This document shows, piece by piece, positions 24,501 through 36,500 of a DNA stretch of 64,000 nt (the stretch's first letter is position 1; each line of letters opens with the position of its first letter). The stretch comes from Tubiluchus corallicola. Lineage: Eukaryota; Animalia; Priapulida. The notes below the pieces were generated by a model, which was given only the letters and a program-made list of their open reading frames with translations, had not been told where the DNA came from and did no database searches. The position numbers and the translations under genes were made by a program. The stretch lies in contig JAQGDQ010000386.1 in the NCBI GenBank assembly GCA_030141605.1, positions 1 through 64,000 on the forward strand, given 5' to 3'.

Positions 24501-27500
24501 ACATGAATCACGGAGCATGTAAAAACATTTACAAATTAATGTTCATATTATTTAATAATAACACCTGAGCAAAAGAAATAATAATGGAAGTAATTTTTAC
24601 ATAAAAACAAAGTATTTAATTACAATCAAACCTTGCTGCAATGCCAACCTCACTTTATGTCCAAATTTTTAGCAAGACAAGATATCTATATTCGCATAGA
24701 CATGTATGTATTAATGCATCTCATTTCATGCAAGTACACTTTTTGGTGAACCAAATGGTGCACACTGGGATGGTGGTGCTCTGCTGTTTTATCATGTGGT
24801 ACAAATATTTCAAATTATGAAGAATTTCTCTAGTTATGCAAGTCTTTCTAACAAGTACATAAGCATAATGCCAAGTAAAATAACTTTCTATGGGTAGTTT
24901 TTTTGAGACATCCTTTAAAATTTCGTTTTTTTTTCTCCCTTAAAGTTCATTACGTTTACAATACAGCAGTTGTATGGCAGTAACAGTCCACTTTAGGTAG
25001 CGACTAAGTTATATAACATGTTTATTATAGATACAAAAATTGCATTGGCAGATGGTGGTATTTTCTGTGGTACATGATACATTACGAATACTAGGCATAA
25101 CCACCAAAAATGCATTATGGTGCAACTGGTATTACAATGATGTACAGTAAGGTTTGATTGTAAAACTATTCGTAACTAATAACAATTAAAGGTTACTGAC
25201 TAAGCAGGATAACTACCTATAGACAGCTGTACCCAGGAAAACCTGAATACTTTTCCAACTACTAGTTGATCTTCAGGATTATCTGTAGGAATCCCATAAA
25301 ACATGATATTTGCCAACATTGTAGTTAAAAGCAACGTCAAGACGCAAGCTAGTCTCTGAAATATAAAAACAAATGTAAAAATTCTACGTCCAAGTCTTAA
25401 AAAATGACTTATCAACGAGAAAAAGCAGTATTATGGTAAAGCTGGCATTATAACCAAGAAGCCTCTCATTATATTAAACAGCCATGTTGTACAACTTGAC
25501 CACTGTACGTGGTCGTCCAATGTTGCATGATGCTCGGAAATGTTTAATGTTCGAAAATATTAAAGCAATATGTTTGAGACTTTTTGGAAAAAGCACATTT
25601 TGAGCAAAAGTTTGTATGTTCTATTGTTTCAACACACTTTTTTGCTGTCAAAATTTGAAACAGCTTCACAGAAAAATATTTATTAGCATGAGGCATAAGG
25701 TCTATCCAGTAACCTGTACAGTGCACAATTGTTTGTAATGATCCACTAATGTTACCTGAAGTGTGTTGGAGCTCACACAGTAAAAACACGGGCCTTCGAG
25801 CACTCTTTTTTATAAAAAACGTAAAGAATAGATAGATGACAATTCGAAAGTTACTGTGATAGTTTACATTATACTTGGAGTACCAAAGTTCATCAGTGTA
25901 GTTTGCATTTTACTGAAAATGATAAAAGTTATCAATACAGTTTCCATTATGTTGAAAGTTATGGCTGAAATTTACAATTTCCCACACACAAGAAATTAGT
26001 TTGTGAAGCAGAAGAGTTAGAATTAGGGTTAGGGTTAGGGTTGGAATTAGGGTTAGGGCTAGGGTTGGAATTAGGGTTAGGGTTGGGGTTGGAATTAGGG
26101 TTAGGGTTAGGGTATTTATATTGTGCAGGGAGGTGAAAACTCCTTCAAAAGTTACCAATATCTTAAGTATCAAAAACTTCAACAAAAAGTACCTGCACTC
26201 TAGTAAAATTGCTGTTTGCAGGCCTCAAGAATATGCTGGCCCAAAGATGGTTATCCTTCATGTCACGACGTGTATTGTTCTTGAACAAGTTAGAAAACAT
26301 CTGTAAATAATCAACATTTTAGATAAAGTTAGACAGAAATGTATCAATATATAGTTTTAGGGTAAATGTAGACCATGAAACTAGACTTATTAATCTTATA
26401 AATAATCAATAATCAACAATAAACATTTTAAAGTCAGAACAAGTAGTTTTCTAGGAAAAGTGTCATTCACTTACAACATTAAGAATAAGTAAATATATAA
26501 GTAGATGTGCTGAATTAATCCATGCTTAGATTTAACTCACATTTGAAACACATTTTTAAGTCTCTAAATAACAACAGCTGCCATTTTTTCTTCTGCACTC
26601 TCCCAGAGAAGCTAAAGAAGAGTTTGGTTATTTCTTTAATACGAAAAATCTCTCTCAAATGTGACAATCATTTATCAGCAAATCGTTTAAAATTGGTAAA
26701 AAGTAGCATTAAATACAATAGGGGCTGCGCAGACTCACAGTTAATAGAATTAGTCACCTAATTGACTTAAAATGCGAATGACTTGATCTGGTGTGGCAAA
26801 TGTGCTTTAAAACTGTAGGCAACCGACTCAAATAAATCTACATAATTGACTCAACGGTTTTGCTACAGGTACAAGAATAACTGGAAGCTAAACATTTAAT
26901 CACTTGTCTAGTGGTTTCCTCTGAAAGCTCTCACTGCTTTTCATTGAATGCATAATCAGTTAACTGTTGCTATTATACCACCAATACAGCACCAGTAATT
27001 TGGCAGTATTCCTTGTGACTTTACAAGTGTAAACATCACAGAACAACTAAGGACATAAGAGTTAATTTTGAAGAAAAAAGAGCATACATATAAAGACTTA
27101 ACATTTAACGCTCTCGTAGCACTTGCAGTGCATAATATACCGAAGAGTAATGACTTATACTTCTGTTCTAGTAATACTTACACCAATCGCCTAATACAGG
27201 GGTGTGCAAACTGCGGGCCGCGAAGAGGTTTGTCAACGTAATGAAAGTGCGGGTAGTTTTTTTCTCTAGATCGGATGGCATTAACCCTTACAAGACCGTT
27301 GTCACTTAATGTCACTGTCGGACATGACGAAATTCAACGTTGCTCACTTGGAACACAAAAAAGCGATGTAATCACAGAACACAGCAAACTATCATGGAAG
27401 CCGCCATTCAAGCGCTCAAATGTGCAAGAAATGCGAGAAGCAATCTGATTGGCTGGTAGGAAGACCAATTAGCCAATCTCTAGGCTTCTATTGTCGGGCC

Positions 27501-30500
27501 TGTTGATCTGTCCAGTCATCTTCTTGGTCATAGCAGGTAGAACATTTTGACTTGGGTATTTTACAAAATAAATTATAAATAAAATTATAAAATAACCAAG
27601 TCAAAATGATCTACCTACTATGACCAAGAAGACGACTGGGCAGACCAATTTGTAAGTAGCCAGCAAACTGAAAAAGTGTGGTCACCCTGATATAGGGGGA
27701 TGCCCAGATTTTAGTTTCAGCTTAGGCTCAGTAGTACACACCTCAATCAGTGGCTATTTCATCGTTTCATCAGATGTGATGTTCTTATAGATCAGAATCA
27801 TGGATAAGAAAAAGAGGAAGATTGAAGAAGAACAGCAAGTCAAAACAGATTAATATGCGCTGTACTACACAGACTGTGTGATAGACATTACTAATATGCA
27901 TTGTAATGAAATTACCACTATCTGTCGTGAAAGTAGAAATATATGGTTTTAATATAAATTTTAATAACTTCTAAAATAGTTTCTTGAGTGTAGTAGTGCA
28001 GTAGTAATGATGTGCGCAAATCGGATGCAAAAAAATCGTTATTGGGATTACTGTACTTGGCTCCTCGACCAAACTGCATGTGGCCCACAGGAATTACGGG
28101 AATGTTTAATGTGACCCGCCTAGTCAGATAATTTGCACACCCCTGGCCTAATAGATTCAGTTCGTTAATGGGATCAAAACACTTGCATTCCAAAGTGAAT
28201 CTATTAAACTGTGCCTACTGTATTCAAAATCCCAACAGAATTCTAACACACAGAAAATGTAACAACTGCCATGAATGAAACTGGTTAGTTATGAAACAAG
28301 TAGGGATAGTAATTGAAACAGTGTTAATTTAATGAAGAAACAGCACACACAATAACCACAATGTCTGCAAACTTCAAGAAATATATATAATTAGATTTAA
28401 ATTTAATTAAATGACACTAAATGTGTGGTAAACATTTATCTTGAGTTATAAAAAATTCTTGAAATGTCACCTTGAGTTGGCTACTAGTGGCTGCAGGAAT
28501 AGAACAATAGACAGTTTTGTGGCCTCGGTCAAGAGCTAACCAATTTTGGTAATTAAAAAACCAGGTCTGATTCGTCTGACCGTCTCGAATCACAACTTGA
28601 TTAAGAAACCTGTAAAATTAACCAACTGATGAATCACACAGTCAATCAGACAATCATTAAAGAAATTAATTAAAGGAAAACAGGGTGACTTTCCTGTCAC
28701 ATCCCATTTTAAAGTATGGTAAAAAGTGTTCATTTTAACATTGTATAATAATGACAAAACATTTCCGATAGTTAATTAATAGATTAGTAATTTAATTAAT
28801 CGTGTGCGAGCCTAAACTCAACAAATTTTAAATTTAAAATTAAAATTTTAACATTACAGCTGTTACACGTGAGCTGTTACTTCAACACTGGACACTTCTG
28901 AACTGAGAGATACAACACCTTTCCGAGATGCAGGCACTGGTGGACATCTAACTATAGTGAATGGCAAAATGCATGTAACAGGGTTGAAGTAACTAGACGT
29001 GCGAATGCGAAGTTACGTTTCTGTGGTGATAATTCTTACACGTAAGCCATTCTTGAAAACGTAGTATGTTCCCTTTCAATATTTCATAGAGTAGATTGTT
29101 TTGAACTATAGTTCAAGAATGTTCCCGGTTTTCCTTCAAGCAAATATCATTCAATCAACTAGCCAACTCATAAGAAACAAATCTTTGATAATCTAATTAC
29201 AATGGATTTACAAAGTATGAAGCAAACGAAACAATTTTGTTTAAATTTATTACATTCAACTTATCAACCTATTGTATTTCGTACATCAACATATCAGAAG
29301 ACTGCATAGCAGTATAACGAAAACATGAATACTTTGACTTTGATTAGCAGAGTTCGATTAACTTGCCATTCAGGGTGGCTTCCAGCATTATCATGCCATA
29401 GCTCAATAGCTGTCAAATCACCAAGACATTTCTTTGTGGTCAGCATGAACCAGTCTTCTGCACCTCTGTGCATGATTGTTCTTGTCTTGTCCTCCAAAAT
29501 GACCGGGTTGCTGGACATGTTCTTACCTAATACATTTAAATAGTGTAAATTAATCAAGCTGCGTTCTTAAAGCAAGTATCTATACAAAAGTCGATCAAAA
29601 GGTTTAGTAAATTAGTCTTTCTTACAATATTCTAATCCTCGGCTGCTTATGACTCAGCAAATCACCAAATGGGTAAAAAGAGCATAAAAACTAAAGTGCA
29701 AATGCAACACAAAACAACCCTAACCAAAGCATAGTGAACTCCTACTTTAATACCATAGAAAGTCCTTTAGTTACAAACAACTTTCAGTACTACTTTGCTA
29801 AAAGAACAATTTATTTTATAAAAACTTTTTAATGGTAGTACCTATAAGAACAATGGCAACGTGAGCTGAGGTGCCGGCGCCATTCGTTATCCCAGTGTAT
29901 GTCGTAATCAAGTAAACATAAGTATCATTTGGACTATTGTCTTCTAATAAAGTCACACCCAACTAAGAACAAATTACTGTTAAGTTAATAGTAACCACTA
30001 AACAGTTAGACTTTTCTTATCCCATAAAAACAAAATCTATAGTAGACCAAATGCAAATTTAGAAGTAATGGCGGAACAGAGAAGCTTTCTTTGACGTAAA
30101 AGTCTTTCATCGTACTACAGCAGCAACAATGTCAACAAAACAAAACGAAACTGCAAGCACACAATTCGCCAACATTTGAAAAAGCTCACTATACATTTAC
30201 AGTGCATTGCTTCTTAAACTTAAACTTTAAAATTTGTTTTAATAAGATTTCATTGTTATATTTCCGATAAAATAACTTGCAGCTTGTTCTAAGAAGTCTT
30301 TCATAAACTATTGGCATATTTACATTGTAACACTGACAGTCCGTGAGCACTGTTCATTTTGAGCCAGACGTCAATCAAAAAAGTAGAAATATCCATATTT
30401 GTCAAATAAATGTAACTACATCAAAATGGAATTTATTGCCGACCAATTTCAAACAAAACAGAATTATCAAATTCTGTTCTGTTGCTACTAACATAATGGC

Positions 30501-33500
30501 TTGTTGGTTTGTGGAGTGTTAAACAGTTTCTTACTAATCAATATATGTAGAATGTAAGATAAATTGCTAAATTATCTATATAATATTATATCATATATCT
30601 TTTGGCTATTAACTACTGAACTGTATTTTGACGTTGCTTCTAAATTCTGGTAAATTTCTTTATTTTAGATGTCCTAATATTGAACAGTTTTGTTCGAAAC
30701 TGGTTGGCAACAAATTCCATTTCAATCTAAAAGTGCTGTAAAATGCATTGTGTTATTAAATATAAAATTTATTTACACCTATAGTTATGCACTGACATAG
30801 AACATCTTTAATAAACTGTGCACAAATGTCTCAGAGTAAACTGTTTAACAAATTTGTTGTGCAATCATTTTATTTTACTAACCCGAAGCTCGTCCACTTT
30901 ATCTTCTCTCCTAGCATATAAGAAAAACACGAAGCAAATTATCCAAACCAGCACAACAAAAACCACCACAACCGGATTATCAAAAAACGTAAGAAACAAA
31001 GCAGCATCTTTGAACGGGTGAATCTCATTCGGTGTTGCGAGAAGACTTCCACCAAAAATTGACATGTGTGAACACTGGCAGTGTATCTGCTGCGGAGAGG
31101 TGAAAGGGCCAACCTGAAATTAAAACTCCAACTTGCATTCAGTAATGTAATAAAAATTTTAAAGCCAACTGGATGATTTCTAGACCATGCTTGTTGTCTA
31201 AAATCTCCATTTATGAACTATAATAATAACTAAACATATCTTTACTCTTAACCAATGGGTTACAGCAGGGGTTAGCAAATTGCGGCCCGCCGAGAGATTT
31301 GTCAACCTAATGAAAGTGCGGCCTGGGCGATTAATGGAGTGTATCCAGCTGAAGTCCGTGCCAACGATCCCAAAGTGCGGGTAGTTTTTTCTACTAAATC
31401 GGATGCCACTAACCCTTACAAGACGGTTGTAGCTTAAAGTCACTGTACTACACAGACTGTGTGCGACACATTACTAATATGCATTGTAATGAAATTACCA
31501 CTATGTGTCCTGAAAGTAGAAATATATGGTTTGTAATATAAATTTTAATAACTTTTAAAATAGTTTCTTGAGTGCAGTAGTAATGATGTACGCAGGTCGG
31601 ATGCAAAAAAATCGTTATTAGACCTTTCTGTACTTGGCTCCTTGATCAAACTGCCTGTGGCCCGCAGGAATTGCGGGAAAGTTAAATGTGGCCCGGCTAG
31701 TCAGATAATTTGCACACCACCTGGGTTACAGGCTAGAAAGTAATAGGTAGCACAGCTAGTTATCATTGATATGCGTCTTGAACATATTTGCAAAAATAAA
31801 GGCGCATTACCTCAATTTCAAATTCTATGCTGGCCTAACGCATTAGTTCAGAAAATCAGTTGTGACCAGATACTATAGATCATAACCACAGATTATATAT
31901 TTATAAGAAAGAATTGGCTAAATTTGTATGTAAAGACTAGAGACTATAGATCATAACTAGGGGTTATTCACAAAACAGAACTAGCTAAATTTGAAAAAAA
32001 TTACAAGCTTAATGTCAGACTTTATTCTTGGAAGGACCAGGTTTTTACCCTGTCATAATCACTTGTTACCCTCTCATTATGCAGGTCCTGCCATTGAAGA
32101 CGTATTTTTGTGCCGGTTACAGCTTGCAAAAAATGCATCACCTCTTAATTAAAAAAACTACCTGACACCCGTCATCAGACCATTCATCCAGTGTTTCATT
32201 CCAATAAAGACATCGTACTGATTGAAATGACAAGTTGAAGTTGATGTAGAACAGCTCAACGGGTGCTGAAATAAACAGTTACATTTATACAAGGCAAGTA
32301 AGCTGTAAAAATCTTTACATTGGTTTACTGAGATTACAATTAGTTTCTCTCTTTTTATTTGGTGCAGTAAAAATGTTTAATCACTTCTTCGTATTATTAA
32401 CGGACATGGGACACCTACACATTAAACTAATGACCCATGGCTAACAAGCACTCTTTAGCATTAAAATTACCTAGCAATACGATGTGCTACAAAATGCAAA
32501 TGACCAAGTACGCATCTAAATATATGCAAGTAAAACATGTTATAAGAAATCATTTAACAATCATTTAACAACTGCCCCCACCATCCCAGCCCCCTTTGAC
32601 CATGTACACACAATGCTTTGTCCAGTTCACAAGAAAAGAGTCAGCCATTGGAATTGGAGGATTAACTAACCTTGCAGTGAAGATATGATAAAACATCATT
32701 ATTTGGAAAGCGCCATTTTGAGAATCCAAGATGGCCACCAAGTTGATTATTGTAAAAAATGGAAAGATAATTTTTAGGTTAAAGCAGATCCTAAGCTCTC
32801 CAAAACCCTATAGGATATCTAATCTCCAAAAACTTTTAAGGAACATTATGTATGAGGCTAAATGCTTGATTTGGACTCAAAATATCATTTAAGTAAAAAC
32901 ATTTTTACCTGGTGTGTCATTTGCAGATAAGTAACAAGGAAACTTTACTCTTTCATCCGAAATCGTAAACCACTTCATGCAAGGACAAGTAAACGTGAGA
33001 TAGCTTGTTGTTACTACTACCTAAGTAAACGTCAAAACAACTTGATAGAACATAGGTAAAGATTGTAACTATTAGCAAGAGTAATATACATACAGGAAAA
33101 TGAAATATTTCTGTAAGTAAAAATTACACAAGATAACTAGCCATTAAGTACAACAAGTGGTTATTTAAGATTTTAATAGAAGTTTCTACACAGGAGGGTA
33201 GGTCCAGCTGTTGAAAACTTAGTCCTCGCTTAACGACACCTTGGATTTTAGCCTTCAACCGGGCTGCTTGCAAGATTTTTTTTCTGGCAAGATATTACTG
33301 ACACGCTGAAGTACCCAACAACATTTTCACCGTTTAACTAATGTTACTGTAAATATTATAATTTATCGTCAGCAATCAGTATGGTGGTTCTGACAGCGTA
33401 GCCAAATAAATCGTATAAATCATCTTACTTATACCAGACTTTCGTTGTTATCTGCTCGACTCATTTTGCCTGGAATGTATTACAAATACTAAAGCCACGA

Positions 33501-36500
33501 CTTGCTGTAAATAGATGGTTACGTATGCTAAGAATGATCTAGTCTTAAATCTTTAATGTGCTTTTGAGTATGAGTTAAATGGGAGTATAAACAAATGCTG
33601 TAACCAGGGACTACTAAATACAGTAAAAAAACACTCTACATATATTTAGTTAGCTCCACCCGCAACTATGAATTTTAAATATGTTTCAAGCAATGATTTG
33701 ATAACAACCTGTTTACTTAGCTATACCAGCTACTCTAACCATCACCTATAAGCTGCTGCAGTTGCTCAGCTTATCCAGTTATTTCAGCTAATTCTGGTCT
33801 TAGTGTACTCATCAGTATTTATTTTACAACCTTTGGACATTCTGTAAAACTGATACAAAAGTCCACTGGATTACAGAGATAATACAAAAACATGAAAGAT
33901 AAAGTGCATAATTAGTATCTACATAACAATTAAACAAGCGTATTAATTAATGAAAAAGCCAGTGGCAATCTAGCAAGTATTAAACAAACGAATGTAAAAC
34001 ATGTAATGTTATCAACGGAAAGTATTGAATTTAGCTTAAGTTTAGGTTCTTTAATATAATTATACACAACAGTCAATATCCTACAATTTACTGAGATACT
34101 AGTGATCTGGAGTAAATTACATAAAATGTATGCTTTAACATTATTAATCAAGTTTTCGTAATTTCCAAGATCTTCATTGACAAATAGATTTGACATTGAT
34201 AACATCATACATTGTGTAGTAGCAATAGACAGCTGTGTATTCATTGCTGTGCCATGCTTAGTGACACAAGAGTTATGTTGTAAAAGCAAAAATAACTTCC
34301 CATGTGTACATGTATTTTTTATTTTTTTATTGCAGGAAAACATTAAAGGATCTTGAATTATCAGCAACTTGCACTATTTTCTGCAGCAATCACTAAGGTA
34401 CCATTACTTGAAATTTCAGCTAATATCAGATCTAGTAGTTGTAATCATCAAATCACTGGTCGCAAGGTATTTACTGCAGTAAAAATAGTTAAATTATTTT
34501 GCAATTTACTTGTAAATGTCATACCTTTTCTAGCAGCCAACCCGTCTGGAAAAATGATTTTTGAATCCACATTGTAACACTTTGCAAAAGTTTTACAGTT
34601 CTTGTGGAATACATGAACCTATCAATCCTATAAAAATACATAGAAATAACAGTAAGGTACAGACTAACCTATAACTAAGCCTGCTTTACATCTGTAATGC
34701 TGTGTGCTTTATACAAAAGATTTTTTAAAAGCCTTTAAATAATTTCCGTCATGTAATTGTACCCTGTTGTTCAGTTACAGTCAATGATAAAAGCCTCATA
34801 GTAGGTTTGTGTTGTCTGTTGAAGTTATAGTCAACTTTAAATAATTAGAGGTTATTGAAATACAAGAGAGCTCTCTTGAGACTTGTCATCATTAATACAG
34901 AAAGATATTATGCTCTTTATAGTCTCAAAAATTATTTATTCAGTAACTTTCGGCCTAGTCAGCTTCATCACCTGCCTAGAAAGTGCTAGTAACTTGAGAG
35001 TGATAAGACACCAAACTGATAAGACAGACAATGTTGCCCAATTTTAGAAAAAAATGCCCCCAGAACTTTATAGAAGCACATTTTCATAATTTTCTTTTAG
35101 CCAATGATGAGCGTGCATATTTCTTAATAAAATTTCAACCAACAGACAATAGCGCCATCTTCATTTTAGAACATAACGGTATAAAACATTAATGAACATA
35201 CAAACATATGAAAAACAGCTGCTAAGCACAATTGATGATTCTTTTATGTAATTGTCGCCCGCAGATTCTTGCAAAATAATATGTCTATAGCAACCGTTAA
35301 CCCTTTCACTACGCAATTGCATCTTAACTGGTCTGCATTGACTTTTGCACGTTTGACAATAGCTTCTTGTAGTGCGTTACTAAAATAGAATCTGGTAAAT
35401 AAACAAATGAGTTTGTTATTAAACACTAATATTGAATATTAGTTCTATTTGTATATATGTACACAAAAACGTGCACACAAGTATGCACTTAATTACTCAT
35501 GCACGCATTTGCCCACCCACACAAATAAACATGTTAAAAGAAGACTTAAAAACGAGTGTTCACAAAAATCACACGACTAATCTAAAGCATACAATCATTT
35601 TATAAAAAATGCAGAAACAGTGACTAAACATAAGTTTCATTAAACATCAACAAGTGATTTTGGGTGAGTTCTCATCTTGCAGTAGAGTATCGTAAAATGC
35701 ACGTGGCTTCAGATGGTGAAAGGCTGGTTAGTGTTATTCCTAATCCCAAGGTTGTTAAACTGTTTTACAATGTTCTTGCATGGATGTACCAGCAACATAA
35801 ACAGGTCCGAGCAACTGGGCTTAGTGCTGAGTTCAGGCGACAGTCTGATGCCGTCCGTCCCAAACACAAAAAACGTAGGCAGTACGGTGCCGCCTTCTCT
35901 AGTGTAAGGGTTGAGCGACCACACAAATTTTGTTCTTTGTAGAAATAGATGTCAAATGGAATATGCATGCAATCCTGCTCGTTGTATTAGAATCAAATCA
36001 CATAATAAATAAAAAATAAATAAAATACTGTGTAGTAGGCCTACAATATAAAATGTTCAAAGCTCAACGTAAACTTTTACCAAACGGCAATGAAGGTAGC
36101 ACCAACTTACTGTGCACGTCCAAAGTTATTGTTCCCACCAGCTAGCTCAAAAATGGGTGATATACCACCAGTTCCATGGAGTTCAATAAACACCCTAGCG
36201 CCAGTGCCACTATAATCTGTATCAGCCGTGTATGTTTTTATGTAGTAAGTTGAATCATCTGACAAAAACAAAAAAGACAAACTTACTATCTTTAGTTTTG
36301 CTGACAGAAACTACTATATTGTCTTGTACTTGTTACAAGCCTGGGAACCTACCAGGACTTTCCAAATAACTATCATTCTGAAAAATGGAAATGAAAAACT
36401 AAAAAGTATACAATGTGTTTACTTCATCACAGTACCACAATATGAAAAAGACTTGACAGGGTTTACTGATTCTATAATATATGCTCTATATACTGTATAA

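Noticed and set aside
25910-26185. [11 protein letters not shown], or a true chromosome end
   Set aside because: Translation of a short intronic telomere-like tract embedded in a continuous gene
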